64,000 nucleotides of DNA from an uncultured Actinomycetota bacterium (lineage in GTDB: Bacteria > Actinomycetota > Geothermincolia > Geothermincolales > RBG-13-55-18), in the NCBI GenBank assembly GCA_964510515.1, contig CAZEAU010000010.1, positions 9,586 through 73,585 of the forward strand, given 5' to 3'. Each line of letters opens with the position of its first letter. The first letter of the stretch is position 1. Positions 47,370 to 57,558 of the stretch are shown one piece after another. Under the pieces are notes generated by a model. The model saw nothing but the letters and a program-made list of their open reading frames with translations, was not told where the DNA came from and made no database searches. A program made the translations under genes and the position numbers.

Positions 47370-49225
47370 CCCTCCGCCCCTCGTGCCAGCCGTACCACCG
47401 TCTCCGCATCGTCGCATGCGCCGCAGTGCGAACACTCGCCGAAGCGGCAGTCGGGCGTCTCCTCGCCCCGCAAGGCCTTGCCGTATTCCTCCCAGAGGAA
47501 ATCCCTGTCCACTCCGGCGTGGAGGTGGTCCCAGGGCAGCACCTCCGCGCGGGCCCTCTCCCTCTCCACGTACCAGGCGGGGTCGAGGCCGCGGGAGAGC
47601 AGCGCATCCCTCCATCTTTCCCAGGAGAAAAACTCGCTCCAGCCGTCCAGGCACCCCTCCCGTGCCGCGGCGACCACGGCGGGAAAGAGCCGGCGGTCTC
47701 CGCGCGAGAGCACGCCCTCGAGATAGCTCATCTCGCGCCTGTGCCACCTCAGGGTAACGCCGCGCAGGCGCAGCCCTTGCTTGAGGATGGAGTGGCGCCT
47801 GGCTATCTCGGCCAGAGACATCTGTCGCGACCACTGCAGCGGGGTATGGGCCTTGGGCACGAAGGTGGACACGCTGACCGCGAGGCGCAGGCCCTTGGCC
47901 GGCCCTCCCTCCGCCCCCTCGCGCATGATGCGCCTCACCAGAGCGCAGATCTTCTCCACGTCGTCTTCGCTCTCGCCCGGGAGGCCCACCATGAAATAGA
48001 GTTTAATCTTTCTCCAGCCCTGGCGATAGGCCGCGGCCACCGCGGCGAGGAGGTCCTCGTCCCTGACCCCCTTGTTCACCACCTTGCGCAGGCGCTCCGA
48101 GGCCGTCTCCGGCGCGAAGGTCAACCCCGTGCGCTTGACCTTGCGCAGGCGGGCCGCCAGCTCCACCGAGAAGGTATCCGTGCGCAGCGAGGGCAGCGAT
48201 ACCGCGATGTGCCGCTCCTCCATCTCCTCGCTGAGGGTGCCCGCGAGCGAGAGGATGCGGCTGTAATCGGCGCTGTTCAGCGAGGCCAGCGAGATCTCGT
48301 CGCAGCCGGTGTTGTTCACCAGCTCCCACGCCCATCCGCGCAAGCGCTCTTCCGACCTCTCCCGCACCGGGCGGTAAAGCATGCCCGCCTGGCAGAAACG
48401 GCAGCCGCGCGTGCACCCCCTGAATATCTCCAGGCTGCAGCGGTCATGGACGGGCTCGATGAGCGCTATCACCGGGCGGCAGGACGGGCGCCGGCGGTCG
48501 AGGTCCGTGAGCAGGCGTTTGCGCACCGGCCAGGGGGCGCCGGGCGCGGGCTCGATGGCCTCCACTTCGCCGCCGGGCAGGTAGGTGACGCGATAGAGGG
48601 AGGGGACGTAGATTCCCGCGATGGAGGCGCACTCGCGCCGCAGGGCGGCGCGGTCTCCGCCTCCCTTTTTCTTCCATGACTTCACCACATCGAGCAGTTC
48701 GTGGATGACCTCCTCCCCCTCCCCGAGCACGAGGAGGTCGAACAGCTCCGCCAGCGGCTCGGGGTTGAACGCGCCCGGCCCTCCCCCCACCACCAGCGGC
48801 ATCCCGCTGCCGCGCTGCGAGGCCGCGAGGGGAATGGCGGCGAGGGCGAGCACGCGCACCACGTTGGCATAAGTCAGCTCGTGCTGCAGGGTCATGCCCA
48901 GGATATCGAACTCGCTCAGCGGCACGCGGCTCTCCAGCCCGAAGAGGGAGACGGCGCGTTGCGTCATCCGCTCCTGCATATCCACCCAGGGCAGATAAGC
49001 GCGGTCGGCCATGGCGTCTTCGCGGGCGTTTATCTCCTCGTAGAGTATGGAGAGGCCGGGGTAGGACATGCCGATCTCGTAGGCATCGGGGTAGACGAGC
49101 GCACAGGTGACCTCCGCGCCGGAAAAGGACTTGCGGCACGCGTTCACCTCGATGCCGAGATAGCGGCCGGGTCGGGATACCCCCGCCAGTTCCTCGCTCA
49201 GGAACGATGCCGTTTTCTCGCGCAA
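47366..49225 (-). CDS. radical SAM family protein (TIGR03960-like, B12-binding-like N-domain)
   Basis: 619 aa with a CRFCQ-type radical SAM cysteine cluster (FRGCTRGCRFCQAGM). TTG start with GGAGGA RBS. Confidence 0.75.
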   Translation of the reverse strand: MREKTASFLSEELAGVSRPGRYLGIEVNACRKSFSGAEVTCALVYPDAYEIGMSYPGLSILYEEINAREDAMADRAYLPWVDMQERMTQRAVSLFGLESRVPLSEFDILGMTLQHELTYANVVRVLALAAIPLAASQRGSGMPLVVGGGPGAFNPEPLAELFDLLVLGEGEEVIHELLDVVKSWKKKGGGDRAALRRECASIAGIYVPSLYRVTYLPGGEVEAIEPAPGAPWPVRKRLLTDLDRRRPSCRPVIALIEPVHDRCSLEIFRGCTRGCRFCQAGMLYRPVRERSEERLRGWAWELVNNTGCDEISLASLNSADYSRILSLAGTLSEEMEERHIAVSLPSLRTDTFSVELAARLRKVKRTGLTFAPETASERLRKVVNKGVRDEDLLAAVAAAYRQGWRKIKLYFMVGLPGESEDDVEKICALVRRIMREGAEGGPAKGLRLAVSVSTFVPKAHTPLQWSRQMSLAEIARRHSILKQGLRLRGVTLRWHRREMSYLEGVLSRGDRRLFPAVVAAAREGCLDGWSEFFSWERWRDALLSRGLDPAWYVERERARAEVLPWDHLHAGVDRDFLWEEYGKALRGEETPDCRFGECSHCGACDDAETVVRLARGAEG

Positions 49226-49237
49226 ATTTCTTCCTCC

Positions 49238-49266
49238 ACAAAACCGAAGGCGGCACGAAGCCGCCT
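49238..49266 (-). terminator. Rho-independent terminator after ftsZ, abutting the RBS of the radical SAM gene
   Basis: Minus strand reads AGGCGGCTTCGTGCCGCCT followed by TCGGTTTTGTGG. The T-tract runs into the GGAGGA RBS of the downstream gene. Confidence 0.5.
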
Positions 49267-49333
49267 CACAACCATATCATCCGGCCCGGGGGCCGTTCCA
49301 GGGGCATGGCCCGTTCCCGCCGCCCGCCGCGCC

Positions 49334-50395
49334 TTACTTGTTGCGCAGAAAGACCGGGATGTCCAGGTCCTCAGATTCGAAGACCGCGGTCTTCTCGGGT
49401 GACGTCTCCGGCTTTGCCGCCCGCCGCCCCGACCTCTGCGGGATGGTGCCGAACTCGAACCCGGTGGCGATCACCGTGACCTTGAGTTCGTCGCCCAGCG
49501 AATCGTCGATAACCGCGCCGAAGATGATGTTGGCATCCGGGTCGGCCACGCTGGCGATGATCTCCGCCGCCTCGTTGACCTCGAAGAGGCCGAGGTCGGT
49601 CCCGCCCGAGATGTTGAGCAGGATCCCCTTGGCGCCCTCGATGGAGGCCTCGAGCAGCGGGCTGGAGATGGCCGTCCTCGCCGCCTCCGAGGCGCGGTTC
49701 TCGCCCGCGCCCACCCCGATGCCCATGAGCGCCGAACCCGCGCTGGACATGATGGTGCGCACATCGGCGAAGTCCAGGTTGATCAGGCCGGGCACGGTGA
49801 TGAGGTCGGTTATGCCCTGCACCCCCTGGCGCAGGATGTCGTCGGCCATGCGGAAGGCGTTGAGGATGGAGGTCTTCTGCTCCGCCACCTCCAGGAGGCG
49901 GTCGTTGGGGATGATGATCAGGGTGTCCACCTTCTCGCGCAGCTTGTCGATCCCCTCCTCCGCCTGCTGGGCCCGCTTGCGGCCCTCGAAGGAGAACGGG
50001 CGGGTGACCACGCCTATGGTCAGCGCACCCTGCTCCTTGGCGATCTCGGCGACGATGGGGGATGCCCCGGTCCCGGTTCCCCCTCCCTTGCCGGCGGTGA
50101 TAAAGACCATGTCCGCGCCCTTGATGGACTCCCCCACCGCCTCCCGGTTCTCCATTGCCGCCTGCTCGCCGACCTCCGGATTGGAGCCTGCCCCCAATCC
50201 GCGGGTGATGTTGCCGCCGATGTACACCTTGACATCGGCGTCGGACATAAGGAGGGCTTGCGCGTCGGTGTTGATGGCCACGAACTCCACTCCCTTGAGC
50301 CCTGCATCGATCATGCGGTTGATGGCGTTCGTGCCACCGCCTCCCACACCGACGACCTTTATCACCGCCAGGTAATTGGTTGCGGTCTCCGGCAT
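49334..50395 (-). CDS. ftsZ: cell division protein FtsZ
   Basis: [17 protein letters not shown] tubulin signature. AAGGAGGG RBS 8 nt before the ATG at 50395; the track ORF adds 18 upstream codons. Confidence 0.95.
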   Translation of the reverse strand: MPETATNYLAVIKVVGVGGGGTNAINRMIDAGLKGVEFVAINTDAQALLMSDADVKVYIGGNITRGLGAGSNPEVGEQAAMENREAVGESIKGADMVFITAGKGGGTGTGASPIVAEIAKEQGALTIGVVTRPFSFEGRKRAQQAEEGIDKLREKVDTLIIIPNDRLLEVAEQKTSILNAFRMADDILRQGVQGITDLITVPGLINLDFADVRTIMSSAGSALMGIGVGAGENRASEAARTAISSPLLEASIEGAKGILLNISGGTDLGLFEVNEAAEIIASVADPDANIIFGAVIDDSLGDELKVTVIATGFEFGTIPQRSGRRAAKPETSPEKTAVFESEDLDIPVFLRNK

Positions 50396-50831
50396 TTCCA
50401 GTCCCTCCTTTATCCTTTGCCCCTGTGAAAAAATCGTTGAGGCTAGCACTCCATTCTTAAACCATCACTTTAGAGTTTTCGCGAAGGGCTCGACTGCGAC
50501 CCCTTCCGCCTAACCCTAGTTTACGACAACGCGTTCCCCGACTCCTTCCCTTCGGCTCCATTCCTTCATACTTTTTCCAGCTGGCGCGAAGCGCACGCCG
50601 CCCTCCGCCCCCCCCGGAGGGGGAGCGCGAGGGAAAGTCGGCCGCCAACGCCCCCTCGATTCCGCTCGCCCAGCCCTGCGCCGGCGCCGGCTGCCTCCCG
50701 AACGCGGCCCGGGGCGGCGTCTCCAGTCCTCGCTCTGGATTATTATACCTTAACGGAAACATTATACTTGCAAAACAGCCTGAATGTTAAGTCTCGATGT
50801 ATATCGGCGGAAACGCCTGCCGCCGGGGCGC

Positions 50832-51800
50832 TCAGGGGGAGGGCTTGATCACCGCATGCTCGGGGAGGGAAACGTCTATATATTCCACCGCCCCGTAGCG
50901 CGGGAGCAGGACGCCCAGCGCCATGAGGGTTACGGCGTTCTTGCGCGAGAGGTCGTCGGCCTCGCCGTAGATGACCAGCGCACCGTTCGCCTCCAGGTAA
51001 AGCCCATGTGCGTGCCTCATCCCCACCACCTGCGTCCGCTCCCTCAGGGGGGCGGGAAGGCTTCCCAGAAGGGAGGTCACCATGGCGAAATCCAGGCCGC
51101 TCACCCTGTTTCCCGGCAGCAGCAGGGGAAGCTGCAGGTCCCTGATCTCCACCAGGCCCGGCGGCATCTCGTCCACGCTCGCGAGCACCACCCCGCCCTG
51201 GTCCACGAGCAGGAACCTGCCGCCCTGGACGATGACCCCGCTCGGGCGCCGTTCGCTCACCTTCAGCACCACGGTGCCGGGAAAGCGCCTCCGCACCTCC
51301 ACGGCGGCCAGGCAAGGCTCGGAGAGCAGCGCTTTTTCTACCGCCTTGACGTTCATCTTCAGCAGGTGGGTCTGCGGGGTTATCCCGGAGAGGGCGCGCA
51401 GGTATTCCTCGCTCAGGGCGCTCGCCCCCCTCACCTCGACGTGTTTCACGTTGAGGACCCCGGTCCCGGTGTAGGTCCAGAGCAGGGCCGCGAGGGAGAG
51501 GACGAGCAGGCCCCCCAGGAGCGCGGTGCGCACGGGCCCCGGGCCGCCCGCGGCCTTGTCGCGGCCCCGCGCAGCCCGCCGCCGCTCCGGCTGCGGCCTC
51601 TCCCCCGCGCGCGAGGCCTTCGCCTCCGCCTCCACGGCGCGGCCTTTCCGCCCGCGCGCGCTCCGCCCGGTGCCCCGCGGCGCTTGCGCTCGCCTTCGCG
51701 CATCCGCGGCCCGCCTCGCGCGCTTTGCGGCCTTGGCCCGGGGGCGGGCGCGCGAGGCCTTCGCCTCCGCCGCGCCGGACCTCTCCCTTTCCCCTTCCAT
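50832..51800 (-). CDS. ftsQ: cell division protein FtsQ/DivIB (POTRA domain) with long basic N-terminal tail
   Basis: TM segment LLGGLLVLSLAALLW and POTRA (VLNVKHVEVRGASALSEEYL...). Start uncertain: ATG at 51800 with GGGAGG, or ATG at 51899 overlapping ddl. The track ORF to 52202 overlaps ddl. Confidence 0.65.
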   Translation of the reverse strand: MEGERERSGAAEAKASRARPRAKAAKRARRAADARRRAQAPRGTGRSARGRKGRAVEAEAKASRAGERPQPERRRAARGRDKAAGGPGPVRTALLGGLLVLSLAALLWTYTGTGVLNVKHVEVRGASALSEEYLRALSGITPQTHLLKMNVKAVEKALLSEPCLAAVEVRRRFPGTVVLKVSERRPSGVIVQGGRFLLVDQGGVVLASVDEMPPGLVEIRDLQLPLLLPGNRVSGLDFAMVTSLLGSLPAPLRERTQVVGMRHAHGLYLEANGALVIYGEADDLSRKNAVTLMALGVLLPRYGAVEYIDVSLPEHAVIKPSP

Positions 51801-51883
51801 GTCCGCAGCTTTTTCCTCCCTGCCGCCGGGTGCAGGCGCGGCACCCCTCCCCCCGGCGCGCGCGCCTCCCCGCTCCCGCCCCC

Positions 51884-52852
51884 TCAGCCACCGCGGCATC
51901 TCGCGCCCCGCCCGACCTTGAGCGCGGCGGTGGCGAGGACCATCTCCACCACCTCCGCGAAAGAATAACCCGCGGCCGCGGCGGCCTTCGGAATGAGGCT
52001 GAGCGCGGTCATGCCCGGTATGGTGTTGATCTCGAGGCAGTAAGGCCTGCCCTGCGCGTCGAGCATGAAGTCCACGCGTGAGAGGCCCTCGCAGCCCAGG
52101 GCGTCGTGGGCGGCGAGCGAGAGGTCCTGCAGCTCCCGTGCCGACGCCTCCGGGATGTGCGCGGGGACGATGTATTCGGTCATGCCGCGGGTGTACTTGC
52201 ACTCGTAGTCGTAGTAATCCTTGCTGGGCCGCACCTCGAGCACGGGGAGCACGGCCGGCTCCCCCCCCAGCAGCCCCACCGTCACCTCCCTGCCGTCGAT
52301 ATAGCGCTCCACCATCACCAGCCGGTCGTAAAGGTGTGCCTCCTCGATGGCGCGCGCCAGTTCCTCCCGGCCGTGCACCCGGCTCGCGCCCGCCGATGAG
52401 CCCTCGCAGTTCGGCTTGACCATGCAGGGGAAGCCGAGGTCCCGCGCTATACCCTCCGCCACCGCCCCCGCGCCGAGGCGCGCCGTTTCCTCCGCGGTCA
52501 CCATCACGTCGTCGGCCACGGGTATGCGGTGGGAACGCATTATCCGCTTGCTCATGTGCTTGTTCATGGCCACGGCGCTGGACATCACCCCCGAGCCCGT
52601 ATAGGGGATGCCGAGGAGCTCCAGCAGCCCCTGCACCGTGCCGTCCTCCCCCAGGCGCCCGTGCAGCATGATGAAGACGGCGTCGACGCGGTCGCGCAGG
52701 GACGCGACCTGCTCGACCACCGCCTCCCCCACATCGACCTCGCGCACCTCGTGGCCCAGTTCGGCCAGCGCCGCGGCCACGGCCGCTCCCGAGAGCAACG
52801 ATACCTCCCTCTCCACGGAGAGCCCCCCCATGAGAACAGCTACCCGGCTCAC
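51884..52852 (-). CDS. ddl: D-alanine--D-alanine ligase
   Basis: ATP-grasp ddl family (VAVLMGGLSVEREVSLLSG...MVKPNCEGSS...). The GTG start overlaps the murB stop (GTGA); an alternative ATG lies at 52831. The track ORF to 53470 is an over-extension. Confidence 0.85.
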   Translation of the reverse strand: MSRVAVLMGGLSVEREVSLLSGAAVAAALAELGHEVREVDVGEAVVEQVASLRDRVDAVFIMLHGRLGEDGTVQGLLELLGIPYTGSGVMSSAVAMNKHMSKRIMRSHRIPVADDVMVTAEETARLGAGAVAEGIARDLGFPCMVKPNCEGSSAGASRVHGREELARAIEEAHLYDRLVMVERYIDGREVTVGLLGGEPAVLPVLEVRPSKDYYDYECKYTRGMTEYIVPAHIPEASARELQDLSLAAHDALGCEGLSRVDFMLDAQGRPYCLEINTIPGMTALSLIPKAAAAAGYSFAEVVEMVLATAALKVGRGARCRGG

Positions 52853-53787
52853 GGCCGCTCTTCTCCCCTCATCCCCACCAGCCTGATCTCCTCCTCCAGC
52901 TCGATGCCCTCCACCCTCGCCACCTCGTCCCTGACCCGCCTCATGAGCTCGAACACCTCGCGGGCGCTCGCCCCCCCCAGGTTGACGATGAAGTTGGCGT
53001 GCTTGTGCGAGACCATGGCCCTCCCGACCCGGGTCCCCTTGAGGCCGCAGCGGTCGATGAGCTCCCCGGCGGACGTCCCCTGAGGGTTGCGGAAAACGCT
53101 GCCCGCGGATCTTTGCCTCAATGGTTGGTTCTCCCTGCGCCACGCCATGACCTCCCCGCGGCGGGACGCGAGCTCGCCCCTCCCCGCCCGCCGCAAGCGC
53201 AACCTGGAGGCGTAAACGACGTCGCCCTCCCGCAGCGCGCTCTCGCGGTATCCGAAGGCCATGGCCCCGCGGTCGAGCTTCCTGACCGCCACGCCCCGAT
53301 CGCTCACGCTCATGACCTCCACCTCCAGCACCAGCTCGCCGATGCTGGACCCCATGGCCCCGGCGTTCATGCATATGGCGCCGCCGACGCTTCCCGGTAT
53401 CCCGGCCAGATCCTCCAGGCCCCCCATCTCCATATCGATGGCCCAGTCTATAGCCCGCTTGAGCCCGCACCCTGCCTCAACGTAAACCTCATCTTTACTC
53501 TTTCTGGTTATCCGTTTCAGCCCCTCGCCGACCACGGCCACCACCCCGTCAAAGCCGCGGTCGGAGACGAGAAGGTTGGATCCCCCTCCCATCACCAGCA
53601 GGTCCGCACCGGTCTGCGCCACGGCCTCCAGGAGCATGCAGAGGTCGTCCATACCCGAGGGCACCGCCAGCAGCGCCGCGGGCCCCCCGATGGCGAAGGT
53701 CGTGAAACGCGCCAGCGGCACGCCCTCCATGAGGGTCCCGGCGAACCCGGCACGCAGCCTTTCCCGCATCCCCTCCCGCCAGGTCAT
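52849..53787 (-). CDS. murB: UDP-N-acetylenolpyruvoylglucosamine reductase
   Basis: FAD-binding PCMH domain (FTTFAIGGPAALLAVPSGMDDL...LVMGGGSNLL) and the MurB C-terminal domain. The start at MTWREG overlaps the murC stop (ATGA). Confidence 0.85.
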   Translation of the reverse strand: MTWREGMRERLRAGFAGTLMEGVPLARFTTFAIGGPAALLAVPSGMDDLCMLLEAVAQTGADLLVMGGGSNLLVSDRGFDGVVAVVGEGLKRITRKSKDEVYVEAGCGLKRAIDWAIDMEMGGLEDLAGIPGSVGGAICMNAGAMGSSIGELVLEVEVMSVSDRGVAVRKLDRGAMAFGYRESALREGDVVYASRLRLRRAGRGELASRRGEVMAWRRENQPLRQRSAGSVFRNPQGTSAGELIDRCGLKGTRVGRAMVSHKHANFIVNLGGASAREVFELMRRVRDEVARVEGIELEEEIRLVGMRGEERP

Positions 53788-55196
53788 GCCCCCGCGCCCC
53801 CCATCCTCCCCGCGCCCTCGCTCCGCTCCCCCCTCAGTATCCCTGCCACCTCCCCGGCACACTGCGTTATGTCGCCCGCCCCCATGGTCAGCACCAGGTC
53901 GCCCCCGCGCACAAAGCTCGCCACCCCCGCTCCCAGCTGGGAGCGGCGCGGTATGTACATCACCTGTTTGCGGGGATCCGCCTCCAGCAGCGCGTCCACA
54001 ATGAGCTTCCCGCTCACCCCCGGCACGGGGTCCTCGCCCGCCGCATAGACATCGGTGACGATGACCAGGTCGGCCTGCAGCAACGCCTCCGCGGAGTCAC
54101 GCCACAGGGCGGCGGTGCGCGAATAGCGGTGGGGCTGGAAGACGCAGACCACGCGCTTTGCCCCCTCGCAGGCGGCGGCCATCAGCGTGGTCCGCACCTC
54201 CGAGGGGTGATGGGCATAGTCGTCGATGAGCCTCACACCCGCGACCTCGTCCACGAACTGATAGCGGCGCTGCACCCCCTTGAAGGCCGCCAGCGCGCGG
54301 GCCGCCGGCGCGAAGTCCACGCCGATGGACAGGGTGAGGGCCAGGGCCGCCATGGCGTTGTGCACGTTGTGGCGCCCCGGTATGCTCAGCCTGACCTCGC
54401 CCAGCGTCTCCTCGCCCCGCTGCACCCGGAAGGCGCTTCCACCCGGGAAGAGGTCCACGTCCACGGCGCGGTAATCGTTGCCCGCAGCCTCGCCGAAGGA
54501 GACCTCCCGGGCCGCCCCCTGCCCCCGCAGCGCCGCCGACCCCCGGTCGTCCCCCGAGAAGACCAGCATGCCGCCGGGGGGGAGCAGGGAGACGAAGCGG
54601 CGGAAATATTCGTGCACCTCCTCGCCGTCACGGAAGAAGTCCAGATGGTCCTCCTCGATATTGGTGACGATGGCCGCCCACGGGCGCAGGAGCAAAAAGG
54701 AGCCGTCGCTCTCGTCCGCCTCGGCGATGATGTGCTCGCCGCTGCCGGCGTGGGCGTTGCTGCCCACGTCGTTGAGTTCGCCGCCGACGACGTAGGTGGG
54801 GTCCAGGCCCGCCTCGCGCATGATCATGGCCGCCATGGAGGTCGTGGTCGTCTTGCCGTGGGTGCCGGCCACGGCGATGCCCTTGCCCTCGCCCATGATC
54901 ATGCCCAGCATGGCCGCGCGCGGGATCACCTCCACCCCCAACTCCCGTGCCCGTGCCAGCTCGCGGTTCCTCTCCGGGATGGCCGACGACACCACCAGCA
55001 TATCCGCCCCCTCCACGTTGCGGGCGTCGTGGCCGATATGTATGCGGGCGCCCATCTGCATCAGGCGCCTGGTGTTGCGCGATTCCTTGAGGTCCGAGCC
55101 GCTGACCCTTATCCCCCTGGCCAGCAGGACCACGGCTATGGCGCTCATGCCCGCCCCGCCTATGCCCAGCAGGTGCACCGCTTTGTCTCTATCCAC
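53784..55196 (-). CDS. murC: UDP-N-acetylmuramate--L-alanine ligase
   Basis: HLLGIGGAGMSAIA Mur ligase N-terminus and GTHGKTTTTSM P-loop, 470 aa. Confidence 0.9.
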   Translation of the reverse strand: MDRDKAVHLLGIGGAGMSAIAVVLLARGIRVSGSDLKESRNTRRLMQMGARIHIGHDARNVEGADMLVVSSAIPERNRELARARELGVEVIPRAAMLGMIMGEGKGIAVAGTHGKTTTTSMAAMIMREAGLDPTYVVGGELNDVGSNAHAGSGEHIIAEADESDGSFLLLRPWAAIVTNIEEDHLDFFRDGEEVHEYFRRFVSLLPPGGMLVFSGDDRGSAALRGQGAAREVSFGEAAGNDYRAVDVDLFPGGSAFRVQRGEETLGEVRLSIPGRHNVHNAMAALALTLSIGVDFAPAARALAAFKGVQRRYQFVDEVAGVRLIDDYAHHPSEVRTTLMAAACEGAKRVVCVFQPHRYSRTAALWRDSAEALLQADLVIVTDVYAAGEDPVPGVSGKLIVDALLEADPRKQVMYIPRRSQLGAGVASFVRGGDLVLTMGAGDITQCAGEVAGILRGERSEGAGRMGGAGA

Positions 55197-55205
55197 ATCT
55201 GCCTC

Positions 55206-56297
55206 CTATGCCCGGGAAAGCACCACTTCCGCCAGCCTGGCGGCCGCGTCGGGCCTGCCCAGCCCGCGGGCCGCCTCCCGCATCTCCTCCAGCCTGCCCT
55301 CGTCCTGCAGCAATGTGTCCACCTCGGCGACCAGGCGCCGGCCGTCGAGCGCCCCGTCATCCAGCACCAGCGCCGCCCCCGCCGCGGCCAGCACCTCGGC
55401 GTTGGCGTCCTGATGCGCCGCGGTGGCATGCGGGTAGGGCACGAGGATGGACGGGCACCCCGCCGCCGCCAGCTCGGAGATGGTCGCGGCGCCGGCGCGG
55501 CACACCACCAGGTCCGCCGCCGCGTAGAGGAGGTCCATGCGCTCCACGAACTGCATGGGGCGGTAGATGAAGGGCGCCGGCTCGTGCTTCCCCGCCGCGG
55601 CCATGAACTCCCCGAACTTGTCCCGGCCCACGGCATGCAGGAGCTGCATGTCCCGCCGCCCCCCCCACCTGGGGAGCGCCCCCAACACCGCACGGTTAAG
55701 GGACGCCGCCCCCTGGCTTCCGCCCACCACCGCCAGGGTCTTGCGCCCGCTCTGCAGGGAAAAGGCCCGCAGCGCCTCCTCGCGCGCCTGCGGGCGCGGC
55801 GGCCTGAGCAGCGGGTTCCCCGTCACCACCGCTTTCCTCGCCCAGCCGCGGCGGCCCTCCAGGGTGCGGGAAAAGGCGACCGCGATGGCGCTCGCCGCCG
55901 GCGCGAGCAGGCGGTTGGCCAGCCCGGGGATGACGTTCTGCTCCTGCAGCACGAGCGGGACGCGCAGGCTCAGTGCGGCCAGCGCCCCGGGGACGCTGGC
56001 ATAGCCCCCGAAGGCCACCGCCACCGCGGGCCTGTCCCCCCTCATCTCCCGCCGGCAGTGCGCGCATGCCCGGCACACCTCCGCCAGCGCCTTGAGGTTG
56101 GAGGCATCCAGGCGGCGCACCAGGCCGCTGGCCTCGACGGGGACGACCTTCTTCCCTTCCAGCAGGGCGCTCGACGGCGACTTGCGGTTGAGATAGAGGG
56201 CGACCTCTACGCCTTCACGCGATGCGAGCTCCTCTGCCAACGCGAGCAGGGGGTGGAGATGGCCTCCGGTCCCTCCTCCGCATATCGCCACCTTCAC
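55206..56297 (-). CDS. murG: UDP-GlcNAc:undecaprenyl-PP-MurNAc-pentapeptide GlcNAc transferase
   Basis: GT28 family (VAICGGGTGGHLHPLLALAEEL). Preferred GTG start at 56297 with GGAGGAG RBS; the track start at 56315 has none. Either start overlaps the ftsW 3' end. Confidence 0.85.
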   Translation of the reverse strand: MKVAICGGGTGGHLHPLLALAEELASREGVEVALYLNRKSPSSALLEGKKVVPVEASGLVRRLDASNLKALAEVCRACAHCRREMRGDRPAVAVAFGGYASVPGALAALSLRVPLVLQEQNVIPGLANRLLAPAASAIAVAFSRTLEGRRGWARKAVVTGNPLLRPPRPQAREEALRAFSLQSGRKTLAVVGGSQGAASLNRAVLGALPRWGGRRDMQLLHAVGRDKFGEFMAAAGKHEPAPFIYRPMQFVERMDLLYAAADLVVCRAGAATISELAAAGCPSILVPYPHATAAHQDANAEVLAAAGAALVLDDGALDGRRLVAEVDTLLQDEGRLEEMREAARGLGRPDAAARLAEVVLSRA

Positions 56298-57558
56298 GCT
56301 TTCTCCTCCCATCATGTGCGGCGGGCGCCCCGCCCTCGTGGCGGGAGACGTTTATGAGTATACCTGCGAGGCACATGCAAATCACCAGCGAAGAACCGCC
56401 GTAACTGAAAAAGGGCAGGGTGATGCCGGTGATGGGCAGCACCCCGCAGGCCGCCCCCATGTTTATCACCGCCTGCACCCCCAGCATGCAGGCGATGCCC
56501 ATGGCCAGGATGCGCCCGAGCCGGTCGGGCGCGTTGCGGGCGATCCTGAAACCGAGCCAGAGGAAGAGCGCGAACAGCGCCAGCACCGAGAGGGTCCCCA
56601 AAAGCCCCGCCTCCTCACCGATGATGGAGAAGATGAAGTCGGTGTGGGCGTTGGGCAGGTAGAAGAATTTCTGGCGGCTCATGCCCAGGCCCAGGCCGCT
56701 GACGTTGCCGGAACCGAGGGCGATCATGGACTGGATGATGTGAAAGCCCCCCTCGCGCGGAGCGTTCCAGGGGTCGAGAAAGGCGAAGAAGCGTGCCTTG
56801 CGGTACGCGGAGATGAAGATGAAGAGGAGGGTGGCGGAGGCGCCCCCCAGCGTCAGCAGGGCCATCTTGGGCAGCGGGGCCCCGGCCAGCCAGAGCACCG
56901 CGCATACGGAGACGGCGATGACGATGGCGCTCCCCAGGTCCGGCTCCAGGAGGATCAGCAGGCAGGCCAGGGCGGTGGCCGCGAGCACGGGCACGATGAC
57001 CCCTCGCCAGCTCCCCAGCTTGCCTTCGCGCCGGCTGTAGATGTGCGCGGCGAAGAGAAGCAGTGCCAGCTTGGCTATCTCCGAGGGCTGCACCACGATG
57101 GGGCCGAGGACCAGCGACCTCCTGCTCCCGTAGACCTCGGCACCGAGGATGGGCACCGCCGCCAGGGCCAGCAGGGCCACGCCCACGAGCAGCGGCGAGC
57201 AGGCAGCCAGGCGATGATAGTCCGTATAGGCCATGGCCAGCAGGGCCACCGCCCCCACCCCGAACCAGATGGCCTGGCGCAGGAGGAAATAATAGCTGGA
57301 GCCGTGGGCATGCAGGGCGAGACCGGAACTGGCGGAGAAGATCATCACCATGCCGTAGAGGAACATGATCAGGGTCACGCCCAACACGGCGTAACCGGTG
57401 GGCGTGAGCCCCTCGGCGGTGTCTCTCGCCGCCCTCCCCCTCGACGCGGGTACCGCCCGCAGGGCGCTCTTGTCCCGCCTGCGGCGCGCCTCCACCAGCG
57501 CCCGCGGCGGCTGCTTGCCCCTGGCGGCGGAGTTCTTCGACGCGGCTTTCTCAGCCAT
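56215..57558 (-). CDS. ftsW: cell division / peptidoglycan glycosyltransferase FtsW (SEDS family)
   Basis: 10-TM SEDS protein with conserved LQPSEIAKLALLLF and FIFSIIGEE motifs. The low-complexity C-terminal 30 aa overlap murG. Confidence 0.85.
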   Translation of the reverse strand: MAEKAASKNSAARGKQPPRALVEARRRRDKSALRAVPASRGRAARDTAEGLTPTGYAVLGVTLIMFLYGMVMIFSASSGLALHAHGSSYYFLLRQAIWFGVGAVALLAMAYTDYHRLAACSPLLVGVALLALAAVPILGAEVYGSRRSLVLGPIVVQPSEIAKLALLLFAAHIYSRREGKLGSWRGVIVPVLAATALACLLILLEPDLGSAIVIAVSVCAVLWLAGAPLPKMALLTLGGASATLLFIFISAYRKARFFAFLDPWNAPREGGFHIIQSMIALGSGNVSGLGLGMSRQKFFYLPNAHTDFIFSIIGEEAGLLGTLSVLALFALFLWLGFRIARNAPDRLGRILAMGIACMLGVQAVINMGAACGVLPITGITLPFFSYGGSSLVICMCLAGILINVSRHEGGAPAAHDGRRKREGGDMRRRDRRPSPPPARVGRGARIA

